A stretch of 64,000 nucleotides of DNA from Gammaproteobacteria bacterium (GTDB taxonomy: Bacteria > Pseudomonadota > Gammaproteobacteria > Pseudomonadales > Pseudohongiellaceae). The first letter of the stretch is position 1, and each line of letters opens with the position of its first letter. The notes under the pieces were generated by a model. The model worked only from the letters and a program-made list of their open reading frames with translations. It made no database searches and was not told the DNA's origin. The stretch covers positions 9,663 through 73,662 of the forward strand of contig CAVOCG010000001.1 in the NCBI GenBank assembly GCA_963694095.1, in the 5' to 3' direction. This document shows, piece after piece, positions 12,027 through 21,742 of the stretch. Both the position numbers and the translations under genes were made by a program.

Positions 12027-12116
12027 CTACCTAAAACTCCAAATTTCACTTAATAATTACATAGTTACTGCTATCTTTCTTGGCAACTAGTTTTTAAATG
12101 CCAAAAAAGGATGCGA

Positions 12117-12145
12117 ATTTTAAGTTCGAACCCCTCTTAAGTCAA
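12117..12145 (-). promoter_or_regulatory. Sigma70-like promoter candidate for the S10 operon
   Basis: The minus strand reads TTGACT, 17 nt, TAAAAT, about 90 nt upstream of the rpsJ ATG. Confidence 0.5.
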
Positions 12146-12275
12146 GCAAAACCTTGCCTAGAGACCGCTTTTTTACTGGCTTTCGACGTTTTCACCTACC
12201 AACCACCCAGAAACCCAAAATACTCAGAATCTGCACATTTAAGGCAAGCTGGCTTCAGAAACGCGATCTAACATG

Positions 12276-13466
12276 CTATTCGATAATTTTAGCTACAACA
12301 CCTGCTCCAACGGTTCGACCACCTTCCCGAATCGCAAAACGGAGCCCTTCTTCCATCGCTATCGGAGAGATAAGACTGACTTCCATCTTCACATTATCTC
12401 CAGGCATTACCATCTCAACGCCCTCGGGTAGCTCACACGCGCCAGTCACATCCGTTGTTCTGAAGTAAAACTGAGGACGGTAGCCTTTGAAAAATGGCGT
12501 ATGACGGCCACCTTCGTCCTTACTCAATATATACACCTCGGCCTCAAACTTCGTGTGCGGTGTGATCGATCCTGGCTTGGCCAATACCTGGCCTCTTTCC
12601 ACGTCTTCACGCTTGGTGCCACGCAACAGTACGCCTACGTTCTCACCTGCCCGACCTTCGTCCAACAACTTACGGAACATCTCAACGCCCGTACAGGTAG
12701 TCTGCTCTGTATCCCTGATTCCTATTATCTCGATCTCGTCACTAACATTGACTATACCGCGCTCAATTCGACCGGTAACAACTGTCCCTCGACCTGAGAT
12801 GGAGAATACATCCTCAATTGGCATCAAAAATGGCTTTTCAATATCTCGAACCGGCTCGGGTATGTACTCATCGAGTGTCTCAACCAGTTTCTGTACCGCC
12901 GGCATACCAATATCCGATGTATCACCTTCCAGCGCCTTGAGTGCAGACCCAATTATTATGGGGGTATCGTTACCAGGAAACTCATAAGTATCCAATAACT
13001 CACGAATTTCCATCTCTACTAATTCAAGCAGTTCTTCATCATCTACCTGATCCGCTTTGTTCATAAACACAACAATGTACGGCACGCCCACTTGACGTGA
13101 CAGAAGTATGTGCTCGCGAGTCTGCGGCATAGGGCCGTCTGCAGCGGATACAACCAATATCGCGCCATCCATCTGCGCCGCACCGGTGATCATATTCTTC
13201 ACATAATCTGCGTGACCTGGGCAGTCAACATGGGCATAGTGGCGGTTGGCCGAATCATACTCTACATGCGATGTCGCGATGGTAATGCCGCGTTCTCTTT
13301 CTTCTGGCGCATTATCAATCTGACTAAAATCACGCACCTCACCACCGTAGGCTTCTGCGCAAACACGCGTTAAAGCCGCAGTCAGCGTTGTCTTGCCATG
13401 GTCAACGTGACCGATTGTGCCTACGTTTACGTGTAACTTCTTTCTCTCGAATTTTTCCTTCGCCAT
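12276..13466 (-). CDS. tuf: Elongation factor Tu
   Basis: 396 aa with [18 protein letters not shown] and NKAD motifs over the full length. Confidence 0.99.
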   Translation of the reverse strand: MAKEKFERKKLHVNVGTIGHVDHGKTTLTAALTRVCAEAYGGEVRDFSQIDNAPEERERGITIATSHVEYDSANRHYAHVDCPGHADYVKNMITGAAQMDGAILVVSAADGPMPQTREHILLSRQVGVPYIVVFMNKADQVDDEELLELVEMEIRELLDTYEFPGNDTPIIIGSALKALEGDTSDIGMPAVQKLVETLDEYIPEPVRDIEKPFLMPIEDVFSISGRGTVVTGRIERGIVNVSDEIEIIGIRDTEQTTCTGVEMFRKLLDEGRAGENVGVLLRGTKREDVERGQVLAKPGSITPHTKFEAEVYILSKDEGGRHTPFFKGYRPQFYFRTTDVTGACELPEGVEMVMPGDNVKMEVSLISPIAMEEGLRFAIREGGRTVGAGVVAKIIE

Positions 13467-13569
13467 TTTCGACTGCCTCTATTTCTTTTAACTGTGTTAC
13501 AAAATCAGTTCTAGTTTCAATTCCCAAATCTTAGTTGAAACCCGCTTCAAAGCCGGCGTTCCACATGAA

Positions 13570-13645
13570 TGGTGCTCACATCCGGAGTTGAACCGGAGAC
13601 CTCTTCATTACCAATGAAGTGCTCTACCGCCTGAGCTATGCGAGC
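13570..13645 (-). tRNA. tRNA-Thr (anticodon GGU)
   Basis: The reverse complement folds as a cloverleaf. Acceptor stem is GCTCGCA/TGTGAGC, the anticodon loop is TTGGTAA, and the CCA end is encoded. 76 nt. Confidence 0.93.
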
Positions 13646-13727
13646 CAATCTCCAATAATCTCAGCTCAATCCAAGCTACTCAGGTAGCCTGTATCTTTCT
13701 TACTTTGTTCCAATTTCTTTGTAAAAC

Positions 13728-13801
13728 TGGAGCGGGTAGCGGGAATCGAACCCGCGCAACCAGCTTGGAAGGCTGGGGTTCTACCGCTGAACTATACCCG
13801 C
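13728..13801 (-). tRNA. tRNA-Gly (anticodon UCC)
   Basis: The reverse complement is GCGGGTATAGTTCAGCGGTAGAAC...CTTCCAA...GGTTCGATTCCCGCTACCCGCTCCA. 74 nt. Confidence 0.93.
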
Positions 13802-13833
13802 CGCCTAGAAACATACCCGCCATAGTTCCTAGA

Positions 13834-13917
13834 TGGTGGAGGGGGGTGGATTTGAACCACCGAAGCTTTCGCGTCAGATTTACAGTCTGATCCCTTTGGC
13901 CACTCGGGAACCCCTCC
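13834..13917 (-). tRNA. tRNA-Tyr (anticodon GUA)
   Basis: The reverse complement is GGAGGGGTTCCCGAGTGG...CTGTAAA...long variable arm...GGTTCAAATCCACCCCCCTCCACCA. 84 nt. Confidence 0.92.
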
Positions 13918-13978
13918 CAAAAGAGCTCCAAAGGGTCAAAACCCTGGCTCTTTTATCAGAGGCGGCATTTTATGGGAA

Positions 13979-14674
13979 TTATTGTCCTTGTGCAATCGTT
14001 TCGCAGAGATTTTCTACCTGTGTGAGATAGGGTCTATCTCGCGTCAATTCTAGCCATTGATCCGTTTCAAAAGGAAATTGATTATCAAGCATTAATTGAA
14101 CCCGAATATCGCCGTCGGCTCTGGGTATTTCACCGATTTCCGGGCTGTAACCAAGTTCCAAAGCCTGCGACTGAACACCTTCAGCATTCGAGAGTTGATC
14201 AAACACACCCAATGCAATGCCATTGCCCAATTCACCACGAGTAATCAAATAACTCTCTATGGCTAACTCAGCATCCCTTAGCTCTTCATTTAATCCAATA
14301 AGAGTGGAAGTCGCCTCTTCCCGAGAAGAGAGTGGTAGGATATAGACTCGGTATTGAGGACTCAGCAGCTCACCGGATAGCTTCAATTCTGTATCAATAC
14401 CCAATTTCTGGGCTCCGAGCATGAAGTAATTGGCATCATCTAGGTTTCGAAATAATCCAACCAATGCGCAATAGCCAGAGACAACCGCTGCCTGAGCCAC
14501 ACCAGCCTCCGGCAATTCGACAGAACCATTGCGTTCACTCAGCAAATTCAATCCATTGTTTATTGGAGGGATAGTCACTGGAGTTGGCCCTAATGCAGCA
14601 TCACGTGCTGTGTACTGATTCCAGGAAAAGTAGACCACATTAGCGAGTAACAAAAATACTGCTATATATCGCAT
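13979..14674 (-). CDS. Membrane-anchored SPOR-like protein
   Basis: 231 aa with an N-terminal TM helix and two SPOR-like segments (YCALVGLF..., YRVYILPLSSREEA). It occupies the coaX-to-tRNA position where Pseudomonas-type genomes have a SPOR protein. Confidence 0.5.
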   Translation of the reverse strand: MRYIAVFLLLANVVYFSWNQYTARDAALGPTPVTIPPINNGLNLLSERNGSVELPEAGVAQAAVVSGYCALVGLFRNLDDANYFMLGAQKLGIDTELKLSGELLSPQYRVYILPLSSREEATSTLIGLNEELRDAELAIESYLITRGELGNGIALGVFDQLSNAEGVQSQALELGYSPEIGEIPRADGDIRVQLMLDNQFPFETDQWLELTRDRPYLTQVENLCETIAQGQ

Positions 14675-14677
14675 ATT

Positions 14678-15436
14678 TTAGTCCTCCACCGCGCCTTTCC
14701 CGGGGCAGGCTAATACGAGTCCATCCAGCACAAGAGTTGGCACAAGCTCTACAAGCAATCCGCCAACTGCCAGCCCATCTGCAAATAAACTTGCGTCCCC
14801 GCCGGTGAGATAGACTTTTTCCAATCGCTTACTAGGCCCATCTGCTGCCTGAACACAGCTTCGAATTAGCGCCAACAAAGCAAAAAATGTTCCATTGTGA
14901 ACTGCCGACGTTGTCGAATGCCCGTACTCCGTTGAAAGATTCCCAGTAGTAGAATCCAGCTTTATTCCCGTATTTAATTCCAAACTGTCACGCATAAGAC
15001 TGAGTCCAGGAACAATATAGCCTCCAGCATGTTGACCAGATGCATCAAGCACATCAATAGTAAGTGCAGTCCCGCAATCGATTATGGCACAAGCGGTCTG
15101 TGCACGGTGATACGCTGCCAGCATGGCCAGCCATCGATCAATGCCCAATCGACTTATATCTTCATAGTTATTGGTTACACCTACACAGCTTCGGCTCACC
15201 TTCGCAATACTGATCGGGACCCGCACCGTTTTCCCAGCCCAAGCCACTAACTGATCTCGTATGTGGGAATTTCGCACAATGCTCGCTCGGATTTCGGTTA
15301 TTACTGGTCCATTGCCAATCTTATTAGTCAACTCGGTCAAGTCATTTGCCGCACCTGAATCAACCTCACTATTACAGCTGGCATCAAGTACCCGCCATTT
15401 AATTCGGCTATTGCCAACATCCAATTCCAAAATCAC
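14678..15436 (-). CDS. coaX: Type III pantothenate kinase
   Basis: 252 aa, MILELDVGNSRIKW. GTG start overlaps the birA stop (GTGA). Confidence 0.88.
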   Translation of the reverse strand: MILELDVGNSRIKWRVLDASCNSEVDSGAANDLTELTNKIGNGPVITEIRASIVRNSHIRDQLVAWAGKTVRVPISIAKVSRSCVGVTNNYEDISRLGIDRWLAMLAAYHRAQTACAIIDCGTALTIDVLDASGQHAGGYIVPGLSLMRDSLELNTGIKLDSTTGNLSTEYGHSTTSAVHNGTFFALLALIRSCVQAADGPSKRLEKVYLTGGDASLFADGLAVGGLLVELVPTLVLDGLVLACPGKGAVED

Positions 15437-16284
15437 GTTGCAGCTCCCAGGGGCGTGGCTCGCACCGTAGGGAAGACTTCTCCACCGGTAATCAACTCCC
15501 TTCCACTTGCTGTTTGTAAGATGAGGGCCCCAGTTTCATCAACGCCCTCAGACTTTCCAGTCATCTGAACCTTTCCATGGCAAATATCAACCGACTTATT
15601 ATAGAAGCAATCAGAATGATTCCATTCTTGCTGGTAGGGTGAAAAACCTTCTACCTCAAAACGATGCACATTTTTGACAAGTACATCCAATATACCGGCT
15701 ATGGCTACCTTCCGGTCCACGTCGCTTCCTAAAATCGATGCAATGTCTGTAACCGGCCTATCAATTTTAGCCCGGTCTGCAGGGTTCAGGCAGGCATTGA
15801 CTCCAATTCCGATTACCAGGCACAGCCCCCAATTACCACTCTGCAACTCCAGTAGTATGCCAGCTAGTTTGCTCCCCTCAAACAATACATCATTCGGCCA
15901 TTTCAACTTTAGGCCGTTAATACCTAATTCCTGCAATGCAGTTTTTACGCTCAGAGCAGTTACAAGGCTTAATCCTTGTAGTGCCGCCGAAGGCCCCTGT
16001 ACCGGCCACAATAACGACATATAGATACCAGCTGCAGCAGGGCTAATCCACTTACGCCCCCTTCTTCCACTCCCCTGCTTTTGCGAATCTGCAATAATCA
16101 AAGCTTTCTTTAATTCGCCCGCGCGTATTTTTCGGATAGCTTCCTGATTAGTGGAATCTATCTCGTCATACCAATAGACAGATTGGATTTCTGCTGCGAC
16201 CTCAGGAGAGAGATGTTGCTGCAATTCGTCAGTTTTCATTAAATTCTGCTGGTATATTGCATCGAGATTAAACTTGGGAGACAC
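15433..16284 (-). CDS. birA: Biotin-[acetyl-CoA-carboxylase] ligase, apparently without the N-terminal HTH repressor domain
   Basis: Contains GSGRRGRKW and DSTN motifs. Only ~40 aa precede the catalytic core. Start is uncertain: GTG at 16284 or ATG at 16239. Confidence 0.85.
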   Translation of the reverse strand: MSPKFNLDAIYQQNLMKTDELQQHLSPEVAAEIQSVYWYDEIDSTNQEAIRKIRAGELKKALIIADSQKQGSGRRGRKWISPAAAGIYMSLLWPVQGPSAALQGLSLVTALSVKTALQELGINGLKLKWPNDVLFEGSKLAGILLELQSGNWGLCLVIGIGVNACLNPADRAKIDRPVTDIASILGSDVDRKVAIAGILDVLVKNVHRFEVEGFSPYQQEWNHSDCFYNKSVDICHGKVQMTGKSEGVDETGALILQTASGRELITGGEVFPTVRATPLGAAT

Positions 16285-16313
16285 GATATTTAACTATTGC
16301 CTCTCCATAATTC

Positions 16314-16366
16314 AAAAAAAGGAGCGTGAATTACGTGTATGACACGTTAATTCTACGCTCCTTTTT
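16314..16366. terminator. Bidirectional intrinsic terminator downstream of cstA
   Basis: Long hairpin GGAGCGTGAATTACGTGT-atg-ACACGTTAATTCTACGCTCC, flanked by an A7 run on one side and a T5 run on the other. Confidence 0.8.
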
Positions 16367-16392
16367 GATTAGGGCCAGCTACTAAAGCCCGA

Positions 16393-18117
16393 TCATTCGC
16401 CTGTGGTTACGGCATCACTGTCAGAATCAGTCTTATCCAGCGCTATTTCGCCGCGCTTTAGTTTCGACATTACTGACAACGCTTCCAGCATAACCATGAT
16501 ACTGGTGATCATTACCAGAACTTCTATTATTACCAGAACCCATTGTCCAGCTAGATAATGCTGCACGATATACCAGGCAGATGCCCAAAATGCCATGGCG
16601 AAGATAAAGATCATCGGTGCCAGAATGAATTTTGGAGATCGGCCCAACCGCAGAAGGTAGACAGAAATAAGCATCAGTGTCATCGCAGCCAAGATTTGAT
16701 TAGTTCCTCCGAATACAGGCCAGATCAAAGCACCGCCATCACCTGGGTAGCCCCCGGCAGAGACTCCGAACGCCAGCATCAAGCACGCGGCAATCGCTAG
16801 CAAAGTAGAGAGAATATTGTGTTTCAGGGCCTTAATATTATAAATATTCCCCCATTCCTGAATGATATAACGTTGTAGTCGTAATCCGGCATCCATTGTC
16901 GTGCCAGCGAACAGTACTACCATCACTGCAAGCATAGTTTGGGCAAAACTTATAGGTATTCCCCAGCCCGTAGAAATTAGGATGGCACCTCCGTCAATGA
17001 ACCCAGCCTGTCCCGGCCCACCAGAATAGCTCGAATAGATTGCGCTCCAGTCTGATCCAGTGGCGGCATAAAGCGAACCGGTAACCGCAACAATGGTGAT
17101 CAATGCTAAAGAACCTTCGCCTAGCGCCCCAAGGTAGCCTACAAAACGCGCGTCTTTTTCATTACTCAATTGCTTGGAGCTGGTGCCCGAGGACACGATC
17201 CCGTGAAACCCTGAAAGCGCGCCACAGGCGATTGTTACAAAAAGAATTGGGAACAACGGGGGTGTGCCTTCAGCAAGATTTGAATTAAATGCCGGTGCTG
17301 ATATTTCTGGCAGGGCAATAAATACAGCTGAGTATAGTACCAATAGACCCAACACCAGTTGAGCACCATTGATATAGTCGCGCGGTTGTAGCAACAGCCA
17401 AACCGGTAGCATTGAAGCGATACCGGCATAAACAAATAACAAGATGATCCAGTTACCGTTCGGTCCAAGACCAAAGATATCCCCGGGCAATTCCATGGGC
17501 ATCACACTGCCGATGTAAATTGAGAAATAAAGAATACTCACGCCAATAATTGAAATAAGCAATAAATTGTATTTCTTTCGAATTAAGACGCCAATGGCCA
17601 CTGCCACAGGGATTGCAACCCAGGCGGGGAAAACGGAAGACGGAAAAATGACCATGTCAGTTGCAATGATGGTGGCAAACATAGCGTTAACTAGCACCAA
17701 CAACAGGAAGATAATGACCATAAACAAAGCCGAAGCACGCTTGCCTATTACATCTGTCGATAGCGCTCCAATGGACTTTGCGCCATGTCGAGTACTTGCC
17801 CAAAGCGCACCCATATCGTGAACACCGGCGAAAAATATCGAGCCAAAGGTTACCCAAAGCAAAGCAGGCACCCATCCCCAGTAGACCGCTATAGCGGGAC
17901 CCACAATCGGTGCTGCACCAGCTACTGCGGTAAAATGCGCTCCCCAGAGCACAAATTTATTAGTTGGCACATAGTCCACACCGTCATCGATCCGGACCGC
18001 AGGAGTAACATAGTCTGGATCCAGCCGATAGATTTTTTCAGCAATGAATTTGGAGTAAACAAACCAACCAAATGAAAAACCGCACAGGCCGAAAATTACG
18101 ATAAATACCGAGGACAT
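16393..18117 (-). CDS. cstA: Carbon starvation protein A family transporter
   Basis: 574 aa, polytopic. The N-terminus is CstA-typical (YVPTNKFVLWGAHFTAVAGAAPIVGP). Confidence 0.85.
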   Translation of the reverse strand: MSSVFIVIFGLCGFSFGWFVYSKFIAEKIYRLDPDYVTPAVRIDDGVDYVPTNKFVLWGAHFTAVAGAAPIVGPAIAVYWGWVPALLWVTFGSIFFAGVHDMGALWASTRHGAKSIGALSTDVIGKRASALFMVIIFLLLVLVNAMFATIIATDMVIFPSSVFPAWVAIPVAVAIGVLIRKKYNLLLISIIGVSILYFSIYIGSVMPMELPGDIFGLGPNGNWIILLFVYAGIASMLPVWLLLQPRDYINGAQLVLGLLVLYSAVFIALPEISAPAFNSNLAEGTPPLFPILFVTIACGALSGFHGIVSSGTSSKQLSNEKDARFVGYLGALGEGSLALITIVAVTGSLYAATGSDWSAIYSSYSGGPGQAGFIDGGAILISTGWGIPISFAQTMLAVMVVLFAGTTMDAGLRLQRYIIQEWGNIYNIKALKHNILSTLLAIAACLMLAFGVSAGGYPGDGGALIWPVFGGTNQILAAMTLMLISVYLLRLGRSPKFILAPMIFIFAMAFWASAWYIVQHYLAGQWVLVIIEVLVMITSIMVMLEALSVMSKLKRGEIALDKTDSDSDAVTTGE

Positions 18118-18312
18118 AAAGCACTCTCCCGAATTATTATTATCAATCCCAATCGTCGCATAATATCAACTTACATGCCGAATACACAACAAATGCGGGC
18201 AAACTATTTTCCGCTGGTTACCTGAAATTCCCAACCTGCTATCAATTCTCTGACACGAACAAATAAAGCACCCACTCAAGCAGTAGCTATCTGAATTGCC
18301 TGCGCTGCCTTA

Positions 18313-20019
18313 TCAATTGCTTGGTTTGGCTGTGTGATAAGTCAAATACCCGATAAACATCTCATCCGAGCTCTGCAATCCAAATGTCACTTCGTGGCTA
18401 GGGTTCGGATTAGCGGGGTTAAATTCAGAATTATCGAATGCACCACTTACATGTACCCTGGTTCCTGCAGGCAATGCCATCGGCTTATCAAGTATATAGG
18501 TTGGTTGCCAAGCGTAACTGTAATTAGGCACACTTAATAAATCTGTCAGGGTGCCATCCTGCGCTTCTGCTGTGAATTTCATGTTTTTACCACGAAAGTG
18601 CATATGAGGCCGAAGACCAGTAACGACGATGTTTTCCTCGAAAACATAGGTAGCAGATGCTTTATGATCCTGAGCATAGGCAGGAATTCTAAATCGACTA
18701 GATACCGGCTGCGTGAAGCTCTCATACTTAGGCGGTTCTTCATACATGTATAGACCCAGCAAAGTTTCATCGGTAGCAACTAAGCCATTGCTGGTAAAAT
18801 GAAACTGCATGGACAAGTTGTGACCTTTAGGAATAAAAACGCCAGTCCCGTTAGGAAAGACCATGGCATCAACCTTGCCAGGGGCGTAGCCCTCAAGGAA
18901 ACGAGTAGCGATGGACCCTGTATTGGTTTTATCGCCATCAAATTCTTCTGCCGGTGCAGTTACATAAGTTAACAAATGGTGGAGTACAGACTCATCACCT
19001 GGAATAAATTGTACTGCGCGCACCCACTTGTCTTCTTCGAACGGGAGATCTACAGCGATATTGATGTAATCAAGCACACCGGTGGCTGGAACTTCCATCT
19101 TAGGCGCCTTAACGATGTAGTCAGGCTGGCCTAGTGTCCAGGTTTTCCAGTGTGGGGCCTCTAATTCGGTTAATGGATCGCTGGAATTGGTTCCGCGAGG
19201 AGAACCTGCATCAATCCAGTGGACAAGAGTTTGCAGGTCTTCATTGCTCAAATTGCGAGCATTGGAAAAATGACTAATATTCGGATCAACCTGAGCCGGT
19301 GGCATACGTTTGGTAAGCAATACCTCTCGAATGATAGGTGACCAACCCTGAAGCACTAAATGACTGTTCATAGCGAATGGCCCTATTCCACCTTCTCGAT
19401 GACAAGTGGCACACTGCTTGGTAATTATAGGAGCGACTTCAGTTGCATAATCGGGTGTGGTCTCTGCATGCAAATCCTTAACTGGGTAGGCAAGAGCGCA
19501 GCCTGCTGCTTCTACAATCAAAGTGCTATCTGCGGTTCCTGCTACCTCGGCCGACAGAGATTCGTCAAGCTGAGACTGCAACGGACCCCTATAAATCAGG
19601 GCTAAGCTCTCAGGATCAAGCACCACCACTTCGCCAGCCTTCGACAAATTCAATGTTTCCGAGACGACCTGAGCGTCATCCAACAGCAAGGGAATATCGA
19701 TTTGCCGTCTTGCTATTGCGCTGCGAGCATTTTCCAGATCAAGCTCAACTGAAGAATTGATTAGCAAGAAGTCAACATTTCTTGCTTCCCACTCCGATTG
19801 TTTGGCTTTGAATTGGGTGAGAAAAGAGTCAATTGAATTACAGCTGTCCGCAAAGGACATTATTACCAACGCCTCTTTATTTCGATAGCGGCTAAGTTGA
19901 TGAAAGTTGCCATCACTGTCTAACAACCCGAAATCGCCAATCCTGTTAGGCGCACCACTCGCACCCGCGGATAATGCGCCAACAAGCAGCAAAACTGCCA
20001 TCCAGTGCAATCGCTTCAT
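18313..20019 (-). CDS. Exported Trx-like / haem-c (CxxCH) / PHM-DBH-like copper monooxygenase fusion protein
   Basis: Has a signal peptide and one CATCH haem site in a PSCyt1-like context. The C-terminal part carries HH, H, HxH and M motifs (VLHHLL, MQFHF, PHMHFRG, SSDEMF). ATG at 20019 is preferred over the TTG at 20034. Confidence 0.7.
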   Translation of the reverse strand: MKRLHWMAVLLLVGALSAGASGAPNRIGDFGLLDSDGNFHQLSRYRNKEALVIMSFADSCNSIDSFLTQFKAKQSEWEARNVDFLLINSSVELDLENARSAIARRQIDIPLLLDDAQVVSETLNLSKAGEVVVLDPESLALIYRGPLQSQLDESLSAEVAGTADSTLIVEAAGCALAYPVKDLHAETTPDYATEVAPIITKQCATCHREGGIGPFAMNSHLVLQGWSPIIREVLLTKRMPPAQVDPNISHFSNARNLSNEDLQTLVHWIDAGSPRGTNSSDPLTELEAPHWKTWTLGQPDYIVKAPKMEVPATGVLDYINIAVDLPFEEDKWVRAVQFIPGDESVLHHLLTYVTAPAEEFDGDKTNTGSIATRFLEGYAPGKVDAMVFPNGTGVFIPKGHNLSMQFHFTSNGLVATDETLLGLYMYEEPPKYESFTQPVSSRFRIPAYAQDHKASATYVFEENIVVTGLRPHMHFRGKNMKFTAEAQDGTLTDLLSVPNYSYAWQPTYILDKPMALPAGTRVHVSGAFDNSEFNPANPNPSHEVTFGLQSSDEMFIGYLTYHTAKPSN

Positions 20020-20179
20020 ATCGGATGATTCCAATTAATTGTGTAAATGGACGGATATAAAATCAACTATCAATTGGTAAGTTGCCCAATGATCAGGGCA
20101 CCCTAAGTAGCATCAGCATCCTGGCACACGTATAAAGGAAGCAAGACACTCAAGCTGAACAGTCTAAATGGTTGCCCAC

Positions 20180-21568
20180 CTAATCGCCGGAGGTCACGGT
20201 TTCCTGCATCCGATATTGACTACCAACACCAATTAGCGAAAAACGCCTGAAGACCTCAAACATGACCCAGATAGCCCCGGCAATAATGATTGTCATCATC
20301 CCCCAACGCATCAGTGCAGCGAAAAACAATGAATCAAAGATCGGCATTTGAAATTGATACTGATTAAGCTGGTCGCCGCGATCCAGCATCCAATGCCATG
20401 CGCTGTGGGCAAGCAGAGCTGAAATCAAAATAGTGCCAACCCGTTCCTTAACAAAAACCTTAAACAACAAATTCAAAGCAGGAACAACCAACACAAGCAA
20501 CATGAGCTGCCCCAGTTCAACACCGACATTGAAGGCCAACAGTGATGAAAATAAGTGTCCCCCGGCGAATTGCAGCGTATCGCTGAACATAAATGAAAAA
20601 CCGAACCCATGGATCAAACCGAAGCCGAATGTCACCAGCCAGCGATGCTCAAGTTTTGCTCCTACTATATTCTCAAAAGCCATATACACAATAGAAAGGG
20701 CAATCAGCGTCTCAATCAAAGCTGGAAACCAGATCACATTGGGCGCCACACCAAATGCCGAACCTATGAGGGTGATAGAATGGGCTATAGTAAACGAAGT
20801 AATCACCGGAATTAGACGGCGAATACTCCGCAGCGGAATTACCAAACAAAATAGGAACAACAGATGATCAGCACCTTCCAGAATGTGCACGAAGCCCATT
20901 TTGATAAAGCGATAAACTGCTTGATACCAGCGCGGATCCAGTAACACTACCCCAGGGTTACCAAGGTAGTTAAATACACGCTCGGCGCCATTTTCCGGCA
21001 AAATAAATCGAAGCACCGTCGTGGTTGCACTGGATAACGTTCCTAATTGTGGGTCAACTGAAAAATCAGAGCTTTCAGAGTCAATCGAGTACCGCACCAG
21101 CACATCGAGCACTCCCTGCCGCCAAAACATATCCACATCATCACCCAGAGGCGGGCTTTGGACGTTAGCGAGTGCATCCTCGTAGCTGGTAAAGGATCGA
21201 TCCGAAGGAAGTGAAACCCGGGTCGCCAGCAACTCTTTATCCGTAAGCTCAACCTCATTTTCATAAAAATGCATGGATTCGGTAATGTACACCTGAGCCG
21301 CGTCACGTAGCGCGAACTCGGCTTCAGAGAACTGCAGATAGCCTGGGCCGCGTAACGGGAAACTAATTTCACCAAAAGCTTCCATAGGCACTCTAAGTAT
21401 TGCCGTTAGCTGGTTTCCCTCCGGTTTGACAAATGCATATACAGTGACACGGGATGGAATATCGTGGGCCGAACTGAATGTAGAGAGCAATAACAGCGAG
21501 ACTAGAGCCAATCCCTGCAGCAGTTTGGAGTAAGCGAAGAACGTAGTTGTTCGATGACTTATATTCAT
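20180..21568 (-). CDS. HupE/UreJ-family (type 2) metal permease with a large N-terminal periplasmic domain
   Basis: 462 aa. Signal peptide plus a ~220-aa soluble domain, then TM helices containing GFVHILEGADHLLFLF, the HupE/UreJ signature. Confidence 0.7.
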   Translation of the reverse strand: MNISHRTTTFFAYSKLLQGLALVSLLLLSTFSSAHDIPSRVTVYAFVKPEGNQLTAILRVPMEAFGEISFPLRGPGYLQFSEAEFALRDAAQVYITESMHFYENEVELTDKELLATRVSLPSDRSFTSYEDALANVQSPPLGDDVDMFWRQGVLDVLVRYSIDSESSDFSVDPQLGTLSSATTTVLRFILPENGAERVFNYLGNPGVVLLDPRWYQAVYRFIKMGFVHILEGADHLLFLFCLVIPLRSIRRLIPVITSFTIAHSITLIGSAFGVAPNVIWFPALIETLIALSIVYMAFENIVGAKLEHRWLVTFGFGLIHGFGFSFMFSDTLQFAGGHLFSSLLAFNVGVELGQLMLLVLVVPALNLLFKVFVKERVGTILISALLAHSAWHWMLDRGDQLNQYQFQMPIFDSLFFAALMRWGMMTIIIAGAIWVMFEVFRRFSLIGVGSQYRMQETVTSGD

Positions 21569-21607
21569 AGTTTACTACTATTTATTTTGATAATTGGACA
21601 ATTCGGG

Positions 21608-21742
21608 AATCACTAGTAATTCGGAAAACTTCCTAATCACTAGTGACAGCAAGGATTTTGAGTTATGTGACAAATTTTTACAGACACATCCACTACAAAT
21701 AAGTTGCGAGTATACTGCCTAGGTGGAAGTGAGTATACTGCC
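21608..21742. promoter_or_regulatory. Two pairs of direct repeats in a divergent promoter region
   Basis: AATCACTAGT occurs at 21608-21617 and 21635-21644. GAGTATACTGCC occurs at 21708-21719 and 21731-21742. Each repeat contains a 6-bp palindrome (ACTAGT, GTATAC). Confidence 0.35.

Noticed and set aside
13570-13917. The tRNA cluster as an integration hotspot marking a genomic island boundary.
   Set aside because: There is no integrase, no direct repeat of a tRNA 3' end and no mobile genes anywhere in the window. The tRNA-tuf arrangement is a conserved core feature.
13680-13931. 83-aa and 61-aa ORFs overlapping the tRNA cluster.
   Set aside because: They are made of tRNA-Gly and tRNA-Tyr sequence read as protein. 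The cloverleaf structures, anticodons and CCA ends account for the region.
17235-17474. Same-strand alternative-frame ORFs inside cstA, with comparable cases inside the HupE-like gene (21043-21375) and fbiC (43107-43343).
   Set aside because: They are embedded in longer ORFs with clear family signatures. They are Cys/Trp/Arg-rich, as is typical of off-frame translation.
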